From: Bugula neritina
Taxonomy: Eukaryota; Animalia; Bryozoa
Assembly (NCBI GenBank): GCA_964035545.1
Contig: OZ037769.1
Location: 10,694,633 to 10,758,632, forward strand
Length of the DNA stretch: 64,000 bases
Direction of reading: 5' to 3'
Position numbers and translations under genes: made by a program. Within the stretch, counting starts at the first letter, position 1; each line of letters starts with the position of its first letter. This document shows positions 1-13,600 of this stretch, in pieces. The notes below the pieces were generated by a model, which saw nothing but the letters and a program-made list of their open reading frames with translations, made no database searches and was not told the DNA's origin.

Positions 1-3000
1 TCACTCACTCACTCACTCACTCACTCACTCACTCACTCACTCACTCACTCACTCACTCACTCACTCACTCACTCACTCACTCACTCACTCACTCACTCAC
101 TCACTCACTCACTCACTCACTCACTCACTCACTCACTCACTCACTCACTCACTCACTCACTCACTCACTCACTCACTCACTCACTCACTCACTCACTCAC
201 TCACTCACTCACTCACTCACTCACTCACTCACTCACACCACTCACTCACTCACTCACTCACTCACTCACTCACTCACTCACTCACTCACTCACTCACTCA
301 CTCACTCACTCACTCACTCACTCACTCACTCACTCACTCACTCACTCACTCACTCACTCACTCACTCACTCACTCACTCACTCACTCACTCACTCACTCA
401 CTCACTCACTCACTCACTCACTCACTCACTCACTCACTCACTCACTCACTCACTCACTCACTCACTCACTCACTCACTCACTCACTCACTCACTCACTCA
501 CTCACTCACTCACTCACTCACTCACTCACTCACTCACTCACTCACTCACTCACTCACTCACTCACTCACTCACTCACTCACTCACTCACTCACTCACTCA
601 CTCACTCACTCACTCACTCACTCACTCACTCACTCACTCACTCACTCACTCACTCACTCACTCACTCACTCACTCACTCACTCACTCACTCACTCACTCA
701 CTCACTCACTCACTCACTCACTCACTCACTCACTCACTCACTCACTCACTCACTCACTCACTCACTCACTCACTCACTCACTCACTCACTCACTCACTCA
801 CTCACTCACTCACTCACTCACTCACTCACTCACTCACTCACTCACTCACTCACTCACTCACTCACTCACTCACTCACTCACTCACTCACTCACTCACTCA
901 CTCACTCACTCACTCACTCACTCACTCACTCACTCACTCACTCACTCACTCACTCACTCACTCACTCACTCACTCACTCACTCACTCACTCACTCACTCA
1001 CTCACTCACTCACTCACTCACTCACTCACTCACTCACTCACTCACTCACTCACTCACTCACTCACTCACTCACTCACTCACTCACTCACTCACTCACTCA
1101 CTCACTCACTCACTCACTCACTCACTCACTCACTCACTCACTCACTCACTCACTCACTCACTCACTCACTCACTCACTCACTCACTCACTCACTCACTCA
1201 CTCACTCACTCACTCACTCACTCACTCACTCACTCACTCACTCACTCACTCACTCACTCACTCACTCACTCACTCACTCACTCACTCACTCACTCACTCA
1301 CTCACTCACTCACTCACTCACTCACTCACTCACTCACTCACTCACTCACTCACTCACTCACTCACTCACTCACTCACTCACTCACTCACTCACTCACTCA
1401 CTCACTCACTCACTCACTCACTCACTCACTCACTCACTCACTCACTCACTCACTCACTCACTCACTCACTCACTCACTCACTCACTCACTCACTCACTCA
1501 CTCACTCACTCACTCACTCACTCACTCACTCACTCACTCACTCACTCACTCACTCACTCACTCACTCACTCACTCACTCACTCACTCACTCACTCACTCA
1601 CTCACTCACTCACCACTCACTCACTCACTCACTCACTCACTCACTCACTCACTCACTCACTCACTCACTCACTCACACTCACCTCACTCACTCACTCACT
1701 CACACACTCACTCACTCACACACCACCACACACCCACTCACTCACTCCCACTCACTCACACCACACACTCACTCACCCACCACTCACTCACCCACACCAC
1801 TCACTCACTCACTCACTCACTCACTCACTCACTCACCACTCACCACTCACTCACTCACACCCACCACTCACCCACTCACTCACACACCACCACTCACTCA
1901 CCACTCACACACACACCACCACCACCACCACTCACCACCACACACCACTCACACCCACTCACTCACTCACCCACACTCACTCACACACCACCACTCACTC
2001 ACTCACTCACCACACACTCACTCACACACTCACTCACCACCACCACTCACTCACTCACTCACCACCACTCACACACACACTCACCACTCACTCACACACT
2101 CACTCACACACTCACTCACACACTCACTCACACCACTCACTCACCACACCTCACTCACTCACTCACTCACTCACCCACCACTCACTCACTCACTCACTCA
2201 CACACACTCACCCACCACTCACTCACTCACCTCACTCACCCACCACTCACTCACTCACTCACCACTCACTCACTCACTCACTCACTCACTCACACCACTC
2301 ACTCACTCACTCACTCACCACTCACTCACACACTCACACACACACACCACTCACACACTCACCCACCACACCCACCACACACCACACTCACTCACCACCA
2401 CTCACTCACACCACTCACTCACTCACTCACACACCACTCACTCACTCACTCACTCACTCACTCACTCACTCACTCACTCACTCACTCACTCACTCACTCA
2501 CTCACTCACTCACTCACTCACTCACTCACTCACTCACTCACTCACTCACTCACTCACTCACTCACTCACTCACTCACTCACTCACTCACTCACTCACTCA
2601 CTCACTCACTCACTCACTCACTCACTCACTCACTCACTCACTCACTCACTCACTCACTCACTCACTCACTCACTCACTCACTCACTCACTCACTCACTCA
2701 CTCACTCACTCACTCACTCACTCACTCACTCACTCACTCACTCACTCACTCACTCACTCACTCACTCACTCACTCACTCACTCACTCACTCACTCACTCA
2801 CTCACTCACTCACTCACTCACTCACTCACTCACTCACTCACTCACTCACTCACTCACTCACTCACTCACTCACTCACTCACTCACTCACTCACTCACTCA
2901 CTCACTCACTCACTCACTCACTCACTCACTCACTCACTCACTCACTCACTCACTCACTCACTCACTCACTCACTCACTCACTCACTCACTCACTCACTCA

Positions 3001-4617
3001 CTCACTCACTCACTCACTCACTCACTCACTCACTCACTCACTCACTCACTCACTCACTCACTCACTCACTCACTCACTCACTCACTCACTCACTCACTCA
3101 CTCACTCACTCACTCACTCACTCACTCACTCACTCACTCACTCACTCACTCACTCACTCACTCACTCACTCACTCACTCACTCACTCACTCACTCACTCA
3201 CTCACTCACTCACTCACTCACTCACTCACTCACTCACTCACTCACTCACTCACTCACTCACTCACTCACTCACTCACTCACTCACTCACTCACTCACTCA
3301 CTCACTCACTCACTCACTCACTCACTCACTCACTCACTCACTCACTCACTCACTCACTCACTCACTCACTCACTCACTCACTCACTCACTCACTCACTCA
3401 CTCACTCACTCACTCACTCACTCACTCACTCACTCACTCACTCACTCACTCACTCACTCACTCACTCACTCACTCACTCACTCACTCACTCACTCACTCA
3501 CTCACTCACTCACTCACTCACTCACTCACTCACTCACTCACTCACTCACTCACTCACTCACTCACTCACTCACTCACTCACTCACTCACTCACTCACTCA
3601 CTCACTCACTCACTCACTCACTCACTCACTCACTCACTCACTCACTCACTCACTCACTCACTCACTCACTCACTCACTCACTCACTCACTCACTCACTCA
3701 CTCACTCACTCACTCACTCACTCACTCACTCACTCACTCACTCACTCACTCACTCACTCACTCACTCACTCACTCACTCACTCACTCACTCACTCACTCA
3801 CTCACTCACTCACTCACTCACTCACTCACTCACTCACTCACTCACTCACTCACTCACTCACTCACTCACTCACTCACTCACTCACTCACTCACTCACTCA
3901 CTCACTCACTCACTCACTCACTCACTCACTCACTCACTCACTCACTCACTCACTCACTCACTCACTCACTCACTCACTCACTCACTCACTCACTCACTCA
4001 CTCACTCACTCACTCACTCACTCACTCACTCACTCACTCACTCACTCACTCACTCACTCACTCACTCACTCACTCACTCACTCACTCACTCACTCACTCA
4101 CTCACTCACTCACTCACTCACTCACTCACTCACTCACTCACTCACTCACTCACTCACTCACTCACTCACTCACTCACTCACTCACTCACTCACTCACTCA
4201 CTCACTCACTCACTCACTCACTCACTCACTCACTCACTCACTCACTCACTCACTCACTCACTCACTCACTCACTCACTCACTCACTCACTCACTCACTCA
4301 CTCACTCACTCACTCACTCACTCACTCACTCACTCACTCACTCACTCACTCACTCACTCACTCACTCACTCACTCACTCACTCACTCACTCACTCACTCA
4401 CTCACTCACTCACTCACTCACTCACTCACTCACTCACTCACTCACTCACTCACTCACTCACTCACTCACTCACTCACTCACTCACTCACTCACTCACTCA
4501 CTCACTCACTCACTCACTCACTCACTCACTCACTCACTCACTCACTCACTCACTCACTCACTCACTCACTCACTCACTCACTCACTCACTCACTCACTCA
4601 CTCACTCACTCACTCAC
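1..4617. repeat. (CACT)n/(AGTG)n tetranucleotide array, >4.6 kb, inside an ABCA intron
   Basis: Nearly perfect repeat at 1-1610 and about 2440-4617, degenerate in between; runs off the left edge. Confidence 0.98.
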
Positions 4618-4673
4618 TTACACACACTATCTCGCTCAAGGTGATAAAGAATATGTGATTCTGGTCACAGTAC

Positions 4674-7600
4674 CTTGCCCGGTGGTAGCAAACGAGAAGG
4701 CAAAAAGCAGGAGCCCCATAATGGAAGGATCTGAATGCTGCAGGATCTTAGCATGTTTGAAGATGACGCAAAGGAAGAAGATACTTGGAGCAATAAGAAC
4801 GATGCTGACAGTGTACCAGGCTACCCAATGTATGCCATTTGTCAGCCCCATTATCTTCATTTGCTCCTTCAGTCTTTCCTATCACATAGCAAAAGCATTT
4901 TGGTGTATAAGAAGAGATGCCCCAAGCACTAGCTAATCACACATACACTACTCTGTTGACATGAAATAAATTTGAAATTATAAAAATAGCCACATCATAT
5001 AGCAACGGCACTTTGGTGTGCAAGGAGAAATGCCCCAGGTACCAGCTAATGACACCTACATTACTCTGTGAGCATACAACTACAAAAATAGCTAAATTCC
5101 AGGCTGCAGCCATAACTGACCTGTTTCTCATAAACAATACTCTTGACGAGTAAAGCAACAGAGAAGATCCAGCTGAGCACCATGAAGAGAGGGAGAGTAC
5201 GGGAAACACTTCTCATGAAGAAATCAACATTGTAACACGGGAAAGGAAACTGCTGCAGATATATGCCCACCTAAAACAAACAGCTACCATGTATGCAGTA
5301 TTTTCTCCACAAGTAACACAGACCATCACATCATCAGGGCTTCAACATCTCATATTTTTACAAAGTCAAGAGTAAGTATGTGGATAGGCGGACATGAAAT
5401 GAGTTCCACATTCAAATCACTACAATGTAGTTGATCGATTTGTTTCAACAAAATCGACCAAATGTTATCAAGTATAATCACAATAATAGCACTAACATAG
5501 GTAATACATGCATCATAAGCTGCTACTGTTTAGTGAGATCAAATCAAGTAAGAGTAGAATTGAGATGTAGACAGATTTACCTTCGTCTCATCATTGGTGA
5601 GAAGTTCTATAAGAGAATGTTCAATCATGTCCTGGAGGTAGGCAAACCCAAAGGTGACGTACTTGGTGTCCCAAGGAGGTCTTGCTCTCGGTCTCGGTTG
5701 CCAGTATTTGTCTTGTATCTGATCTGTGTCATCCACCTGAGTAAGCATCACTTTCAAATCAAACCTAGCAAACTAACTACTACCTAGTAAACTAGCTACT
5801 ACCTGGTAAACTAGCTACTACCTAGTAAACTAACTACTACCTGGTAAACTAACTACTACCTAGCAAACTAGCTACTACCTAGTAAACTAACTATTACCTA
5901 GTAAACTAACTATTACCTAGTAAACTAACCACTACCTAGTAAACTAACTACTAACTGGCAAACTAATTATAAACTAGCTAATTAGATAAATAATAAAGTG
6001 CAATAAAAACTGAATATTCTCAACTATTAACTCAATAAAACTTGGCAGGTTTTGTGAATTGAATTTAGTAGAAGCCAAAGTGAGTATGCATGTCCGATAT
6101 CAAATGTTTTAAAATACAAATATGGAATACTGAAGAGAGAGAGGGAGAGAGAGAGGGAGAGAGATGTGTGATACATGCCAGCATTGCTAAAAGCAGATGT
6201 CACAAGACCTCTAAAGACACGCACTGCTGTAGAGCCAATGTAGGCATACTATTTACCTTATCCGTGTTCATTCGAATTTTATACGTGATATGGGAAGGCA
6301 ACTCTGATTGCTCAACTAAATCGTCATCAAATACAATGGCTGCCCAGTATCTGCCCGATTCAATGAGGTCTACACTCCTCTCTACCAGGTCATCTTCAGA
6401 CTGGTAAGGTTCAAATTTGTCCAGCTCCACGCAATCAAGATATCTAAACACATGATCACCATTATTACCTGCAGTTGCAGCTACTAATACAACAGAGCAT
6501 GTGTGTGTAGTGTGTAGAGCACGCACAGTAAACAAAGAGCAACAACAAACCTGTACACCATAGACGTGATGTTACCCAAGTCATCCACCATATTGTATAT
6601 AGCTCCATTCTCTTCCAGAGCCAAACTAAACTCTTTCAACATCTCAACTATCTCTGTGAGGTTGTCGGGGATATTCATGTTGGGAAGGACCGCAGCTTCT
6701 GAAGCCGCATTCAGCATTGTTTGCCAGAACTCCTGGGGAGAAACCAAGTCCACATCAGAGACCGCAGAGACAGCGGGGTTGTCTGACCCTACAATAAAAC
6801 AAGACCTTCTATTAGGTTCACTAAGTTCTAGTGAAGCTACATGTATACTACAGTCCAGCCAAATGAAAATAATAACTACAAGAAAGAAGACAATTCCTAC
6901 ATGTACAGATGCTGACTTGAAGTATAATCTTGTGGATATGTAGCTCAATTTTTCATTACAGTATAACATCATTTTCAGCTTAGATTTCATCTAGCATCTT
7001 CTAAATTTGCCTTTGACACATTATATAGATATCCCATGTACGCTTTATGTTTAAGAAGCTTATAGTTGAATTTATTAAAAACTCAAGTAGTTTATTTTCT
7101 TTAGCAACATGCTAGTATTGGCCTGCAGTATATAACTATGTATATCATTCATGACCTCAGTACATGTGTACTTAGGGTAAAAATACAATAATATTACTTC
7201 AAACAACATTATTGTAAAGACACCCGTTATAGAGATATAGGGTACTATACAAATCTAATTTTATTAGTACTGTTATGATTACTAAATTATAATTATTACT
7301 ACTATTAATACATATAAATGTACATATAATATACCGAGAGTGGAAAGATTGAGAAGGCGATCAATATCAAACAGCCTCTCTCCCACTTCATTCAGTGTCT
7401 TTTCCCAATCTTTATAGTTCTTTCGAATATCATCAGAAGCTTGTTTTATTGTTGCAATGGCCTATAATATCACACAGTGATAAACTGGTGTGATAGCATA
7501 AGTTATTGAACTTTGCAGTGACATATAAACATTACAGTAACCCAATGCTTGCACACCACAACACAAGGGCTAGAATGTAGATCAAGTAGTAATAATTCTC

Positions 7601-10600
7601 TTTTGAAAACACTCAAGTACGTTTTAGTAGAATGAAAGAAGTGCAATGCACACAGTGGTCCCCCACTAATTCAATTACAGTGGATATGTATTACATCAAG
7701 ATGAAATTCCCAGAAGTCTATCCCAACAGCCTGATCTAATGCAGACAGCCTTGTCACTCCAGCTTTTTAACTTGTAATATTGGCAGCAGATAAGGGAGGG
7801 TTTGCATGCCTATCTGAACTGTTATAAAGGTCATTATTAATCATTATCTAACCTTTACTTAGTTCAGAAATCTAAGCAAATTGAAAATACCTTAAAAGTT
7901 TCATTGGCCCTGCGTATAGTTTCGTTAATAGTGGCAGTATCAGGGGAATAGGGAATTTTTCCAAAGAGAATGGGTTCCAATTGTTTATAAATGAGATCAC
8001 CCAGCGTCCCTCCAGAACCCAGCAAATCCCTGAATAAACTTCTACAGTGTCTGTGACGGCTCCAGTCACTGGAGTTATGGTTCAGGTATTCACTACAGTA
8101 CACAATGTAGTCACTACAGTATACAATGTAGTCACTACAGTATACAACATATCTGCTACAGTACACAGTGTAGTCACTACAGTATACAATGTATTCACTA
8201 CAGTACACAATGTAGTCACTACAGTATACAACATATCCGCTACAGTACACAGTGTAGTCGCTACAGTGCACAATGTACTCAATAAAGTAAGCCAACAAGC
8301 AACAAATGATCTTGTAATTGATGCAACATCGAAGACAACACTAGATAAAACAGTGACACTAATTCAGAGAGTTTATGGTTGTCATTGTGATGAGTTTTAT
8401 GTAGCACTGTGACCAGAACCTCACTAGCTGCATGTATATTATATTATTACATCTAATATATATTATATTACATCTAATATATAATGCATATTATGTTACA
8501 TCTAATATATAATGTATATTATATTACATCTTATATATAATGCATATTATATTACATCTTATATATAATGCATATATGTTATATTAAAGAGCTCTGAATG
8601 TTCTATGTAGGGGATAGGCTTTATAGCATATAAACTGGACACTAACTTTTGAGCAATAATGTCATCATCTATTTCCTCTTCAATCTCCTCTAACCTACAA
8701 CAGTCATTTTCCGGAGTATAACAACCACCTGGACACACCAGTTATGACAATACAATTACATTCCATACACTGCAAGTTATTTAAGCTAGATCCAAGTCAA
8801 ACTGTTTATATTGTACAGTTTACATCTCTCAGCTAAGCCAAGAGTAATGGTAGAACAACTCAGTATCTAACAGTTTTATAAAAGTCTGAACCAACCAATG
8901 AACACAAGGAGTAGAGAAAGAGTACATACGACGCAGATGGTGCCGTGACATTGTCGGTGGAGTTGGCTGTTTCCATAAACTGTGTGAGTGCTGCTACAGG
9001 GGCTAGTATGGGGATGTCTACTGCATCCCCGCACAGGGAAACACTGAGTGACTGAGAAGAGGCTATGGAGTCAAGGTCAGCCATGATAGCCTAGGAACAT
9101 AGAGTTGATTAGCCTAAGGACAATGGGGGTGACACAAGTATAACCTATAGTTTAATTTAAACTCTAGACCAAGACCTGATACTTGGTATACATATACATA
9201 AACTATTACTGTGGCATAGCAACAGCTTCTAGTTGTACAACAAAAGAAAACCACCTCTCTAGTTAAAATTCAATCACATTCAAGCTAGATGAACCATCCA
9301 TTACTGTCAGTAGAGGCTGTTGCTAATTTATCACCTACTCAAGTTCACAAGTCTTACAGGAAATACACATCAACAGAAGCACATTTTATTGCCTAAATTT
9401 GACAATTTCAAAATATAATTTCTTCAGTGAGGTTTCCCAACTACTAATGCATGGCACTTTGATCTGTACTAGCTACACTGATATTGGTTGTGCAATATCT
9501 TAGTGCTCATTCAAGAGTAATGGCATACTTAGTAACAACCTCGAAGAAACCGATTTCCTTAAAATTTACTCCACATTCCCCTTGGTTTCTACTTATTCAA
9601 TAACACATTTCAGCATTGTAAAATGATTTAGGCTAAGCAGCAGAACATTATAACAAAATTGATATGGCTATTGTGCTCTAACAGTAAAACATGTAACTAG
9701 ATAACTGTAACAGTATGAGATGTTTCACTGCAACAAACTTTTGCCCATAATCCTTATGAAGTATTGTATTGCTATGTATGTAGGCAGAGTAGTATATACT
9801 TATATATACTTTATATACCTATATATAGTTATTTATCATACTTACTTCTATATTATATTTACTTGTGTATTACAGTTACTTCTACTGTATATTATACTTA
9901 CTTGTGTATTACACTCACTTGTGTATTACACTTACTTGAACACTGGGCATGGCCATAAGCTGTTCTATGTTGGCAGCCAGCTGAAAGAGAACAGCCAAGT
10001 TGAGGCCATCAGGGAAGTAGGTCTGCACCAAGGCCGTCTGGTTGATATGGTCAAACATGAGAGTGAGGAACATTGTGAGTTCCTGTCTGGTGAGATTGCA
10101 GAGTTTGGGTTGGACCTCCTCCTTCACCTCCTCACTACTGTATATAAGTATGGAGGTGTTGTCGTTACACAGCACCTCGTACGGGTTCACATTAGCCAGG
10201 ATAGCATTCAACTCCTTCTCTATCTTCACTATGTCACACACAGAGCTGTTGGAGACGATGTGGTGAGAACAGAGCGCATTAGCGGCAGCGCTTGCGTCAG
10301 CAATATCCTGTACGTTGGTGAAGTCGTAGAGGAGACAGGTGACAAGTTCACCGTACCTGGGCTGGGAGCAGAGTCTGTTGAGAAGGGTGGTGGTGTCAGA
10401 GCCATTAGCACCTACTAGCTCCAGCAGTATGCACGCAGCACTCTCTTCGTACTCCGCCTGCAACATCACAGCAGACGTGCAAACAGCAGACGTACATACA
10501 GAAGACATATACACAGCAGACGTACACACAGCAGACGTACACACAGCAGACGTACACACAGCAGACGTATATACAGTAGACATACATACAGCAGACATAT

Positions 10601-13600
10601 ACACAGCAGACGTACACACAGCAGACGTACACACAGCAGACGTACACACAGCAGACGTACAAACAGCAGACGTACACACAGCAGACGTACAAACAGCAGA
10701 CGTACATACAGTAGACGTACACACAGCAGAAGTACATACAGATAGGAGCTGTCTACCATTACTTTAATTACAAGACACCTGGACACAGTGTAAACTGTCA
10801 CACCTAGACACAGTGTAAACTGTCACACCTGGACACAGTGTAAACTGTCACACCTGGACACAGTGTAAACTGTCACACCTGGACACAGTGTAAACTGTCA
10901 CACCTGGACACAGTGTAAACTGTCACACCTGGACACAGTGTAAACTGTCACACCTGGACACAGTGTAAACTGTCACACCTGGACACAGTGTAAACTGTCA
11001 CACCTGGACACAGTGTAAACTGTCACACCTAGACACAGTGTAAACTGTCACACCTGGACAAAGTGTAAACTGTCACACCTAGACACAGTGTAAACTGTCA
11101 CACCTAGACACAGTGTAAACTGTCACACCTGGACACAGTGTAAACTGTCACACCTGGACACAGTGTAAACTGTCACACCTGGACACAGTGTAAACTGTCA
11201 CACCTGGACACAGTGTAAACTGTCACACCTGGACACAGTGTAAACTGTCACACCTGGACACAGTGTAAACTGTCACACCTAGACACAATGTAAACTGTCA
11301 CACCTAGACACAATGTAAACTGTCACACCTAGACACAGTGTAAACTGTCACACCTGGACAAAGTGTAAACTGTCACACCTGGACACAGTGTAAACTGTCA
11401 CACCTGGACACAGTGTAAACTGTAACACCTGGACACAGTGTCACACATCTAAGAGCCATAATTATGTTGGTGTAAAGAAATCTAATGTTCCCAGCCACCT
11501 GATTGGATAAGACATCAAGTCTGTAAGATTCAGAGCACTGGATGACTCACCCGCTGACAGTTATCAGCAATAACCTGCTGCTGGAGAGTGGTGAGATTCA
11601 GCGCATCTTCCAGCTGCTGTCTCACAGCATCTGCATCCCCCACATTGCTGATGACGTCTGGGATGTCTTGAGCGGAGGACGCCCCTCTGATCTGAGCCAG
11701 TATGTTACCAACGTTCAGTCCGGTGAAGTTGAATGTATCTACAAAGACATGCAAATGTTATTGGAAGCATGTTGAAAGACCAGATTTGGAAATCCTTATT
11801 TTATTGGATACAAATTTAAATCTAGCCACACTGACTATAAAATGGTAAACTATTTGACAACAAGTCAACTTCATAGGAATGCAACATGGATGTTATCTTC
11901 CCTGGCACTCAGAATGGAGCTAAAACTTTCTATTAGTAAGATTATTAAATATAGCAACATTCTAAATACTAGTAAGAAGAAAATAGTTATGCTTGTCTAG
12001 TATACCATTCCTTAGATGGCGGCACATTTATATAACATTTTTGATCTGTAAAGAATTACATAGATGTTATACAAATCAACCAGAATTTAATTTCATATGG
12101 TGCAAGTTTTAATTTCCTGTAAAGCAGAGAGATGATGAAGTGGCAAAATCATAGTTGAAGAGAAAATGTAATCAATAACGAATTCGATAGCATTATGCCA
12201 AGTGGAAAGCCATAAGTTCCAAAGACTATTGATAAATGGAAAACTAAAAGTTATTATATAACTGGCATCTGAAAAACATAAACTACTGAAGGTCATTCAT
12301 TGGTTTGACCTAGAATAATTGTATTACAAGTTTTATATTACTAGCTATGTTATACTGTATTACTAGCTATGTTATACTGTATTACCAGCTATGTTATACT
12401 GTATTACTAGCTGTGTTATACTGTATTACTAGCTGTGTTATACTGTATTACTAGCTATGTTATACTGTATTACTGGCTACGTTATACTGTATTACTAGCT
12501 ATGTTATACTGTATTACTAGCTATGTTATACTGTATTACTAGCTATGTTATACTGTATTACTAGCTATGCTATACTGTATTACCAGCTATGCTATACTGT
12601 ATTACTAGCTATGTTATACTGTATTACTAGCTATGTTATACTGTAGTGCTAAGGTAGAGGGGGCAGTAAAAATGCAATACATAAAAAATTTAGAGAGTTT
12701 TGTTGATTGAAGAGATTGAGTTGGGCCTGGACTAGAAGAGACAGTAAAGTAATTAGTTGGGCGTGTGGAATTCACCAGCTGAAGACTGTAACATAGTTAG
12801 AAAGTCTAGACAGACACTCAGCTGAGAGACGACACAGGTAAGCACTGCTCCACAATTTATGTGCTGATGTTCCCAGGGTAATGAAGAATTGCAGAATAAC
12901 AGATATGGTCTGAGATAGAACGACCTAGATTTAAAAGAAATTATCCCCCTTGATAAATGGTGTGGTAGTGGGATGGTGTCTATCAAGTGCATCCCAGCAT
13001 GAGATAAATGCACTGAACACCTTGCAGTAAATAGGAAAACCTGGGTGAAATATTGCCAAAGTAAAATTATATTTTCAAAAAAAATAAATAAGTTGATTGA
13101 AACTCCTCCATTACTGTATCTAAATAGAAGACATGTTACCTAATCTCTCAATGAGTGTGTCTTGGCTTATGCTAGCATTAGATACTTCTCCTAGACTTGC
13201 ACCAAAGTCATCAGCAAACGCTCTGCTCCATATCTCAGAATCATTCATCAGTAGTGTCTAAATGAGATGACATGGAGAAAAGTTATGCCATGGTTACTCT
13301 GGTTTGTACATGAAATCAACTTTACAAGAGTTGCACAAACACAACACTAGGTAAGAAAGCAAATATTAATGCAGTCAATCTACTAATCTTGTAAGTTACT
13401 GTGTATTGGAGAATTTGTTTCTACAAGGAAATGCCTTGCTATAGGGAAACACTGCAAGTTTACAGTGCAAGGTCAGTTTCCATTCCACTATACTGATAGT
13501 TGAATCATAATATATAATACTTGTTCCAGACCTTCTACCCAGTTATCATAGGGCTTCAGATTTCTCAATCTACTTTTCATACGAAATCCGACTGATTTCA

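Noticed and set aside
1-4617. Telomeric repeat
   Set aside because: The unit is not a TTAGG/TTAGGG-type G-rich telomere motif, and the ABCA gene must continue beyond it (no NBD has been reached).
8047-10801. Repeat-protein ORFs (TTVHNVV, TADVH, CVYVC, CVRLL) and plus-strand ORF 9720-10418
   Set aside because: They are translations of 15- and 21-bp minisatellites, or antisense shadows of real ABCA exons.
10776-11445. CRISPR-like array, or RAG/Transib RSS array (each unit has the heptamer CACAGTG)
   Set aside because: Units are contiguous with no unique spacers and no cas genes; there is no ACAAAAACC nonamer at 12/23 spacing; the context is a eukaryotic intron.
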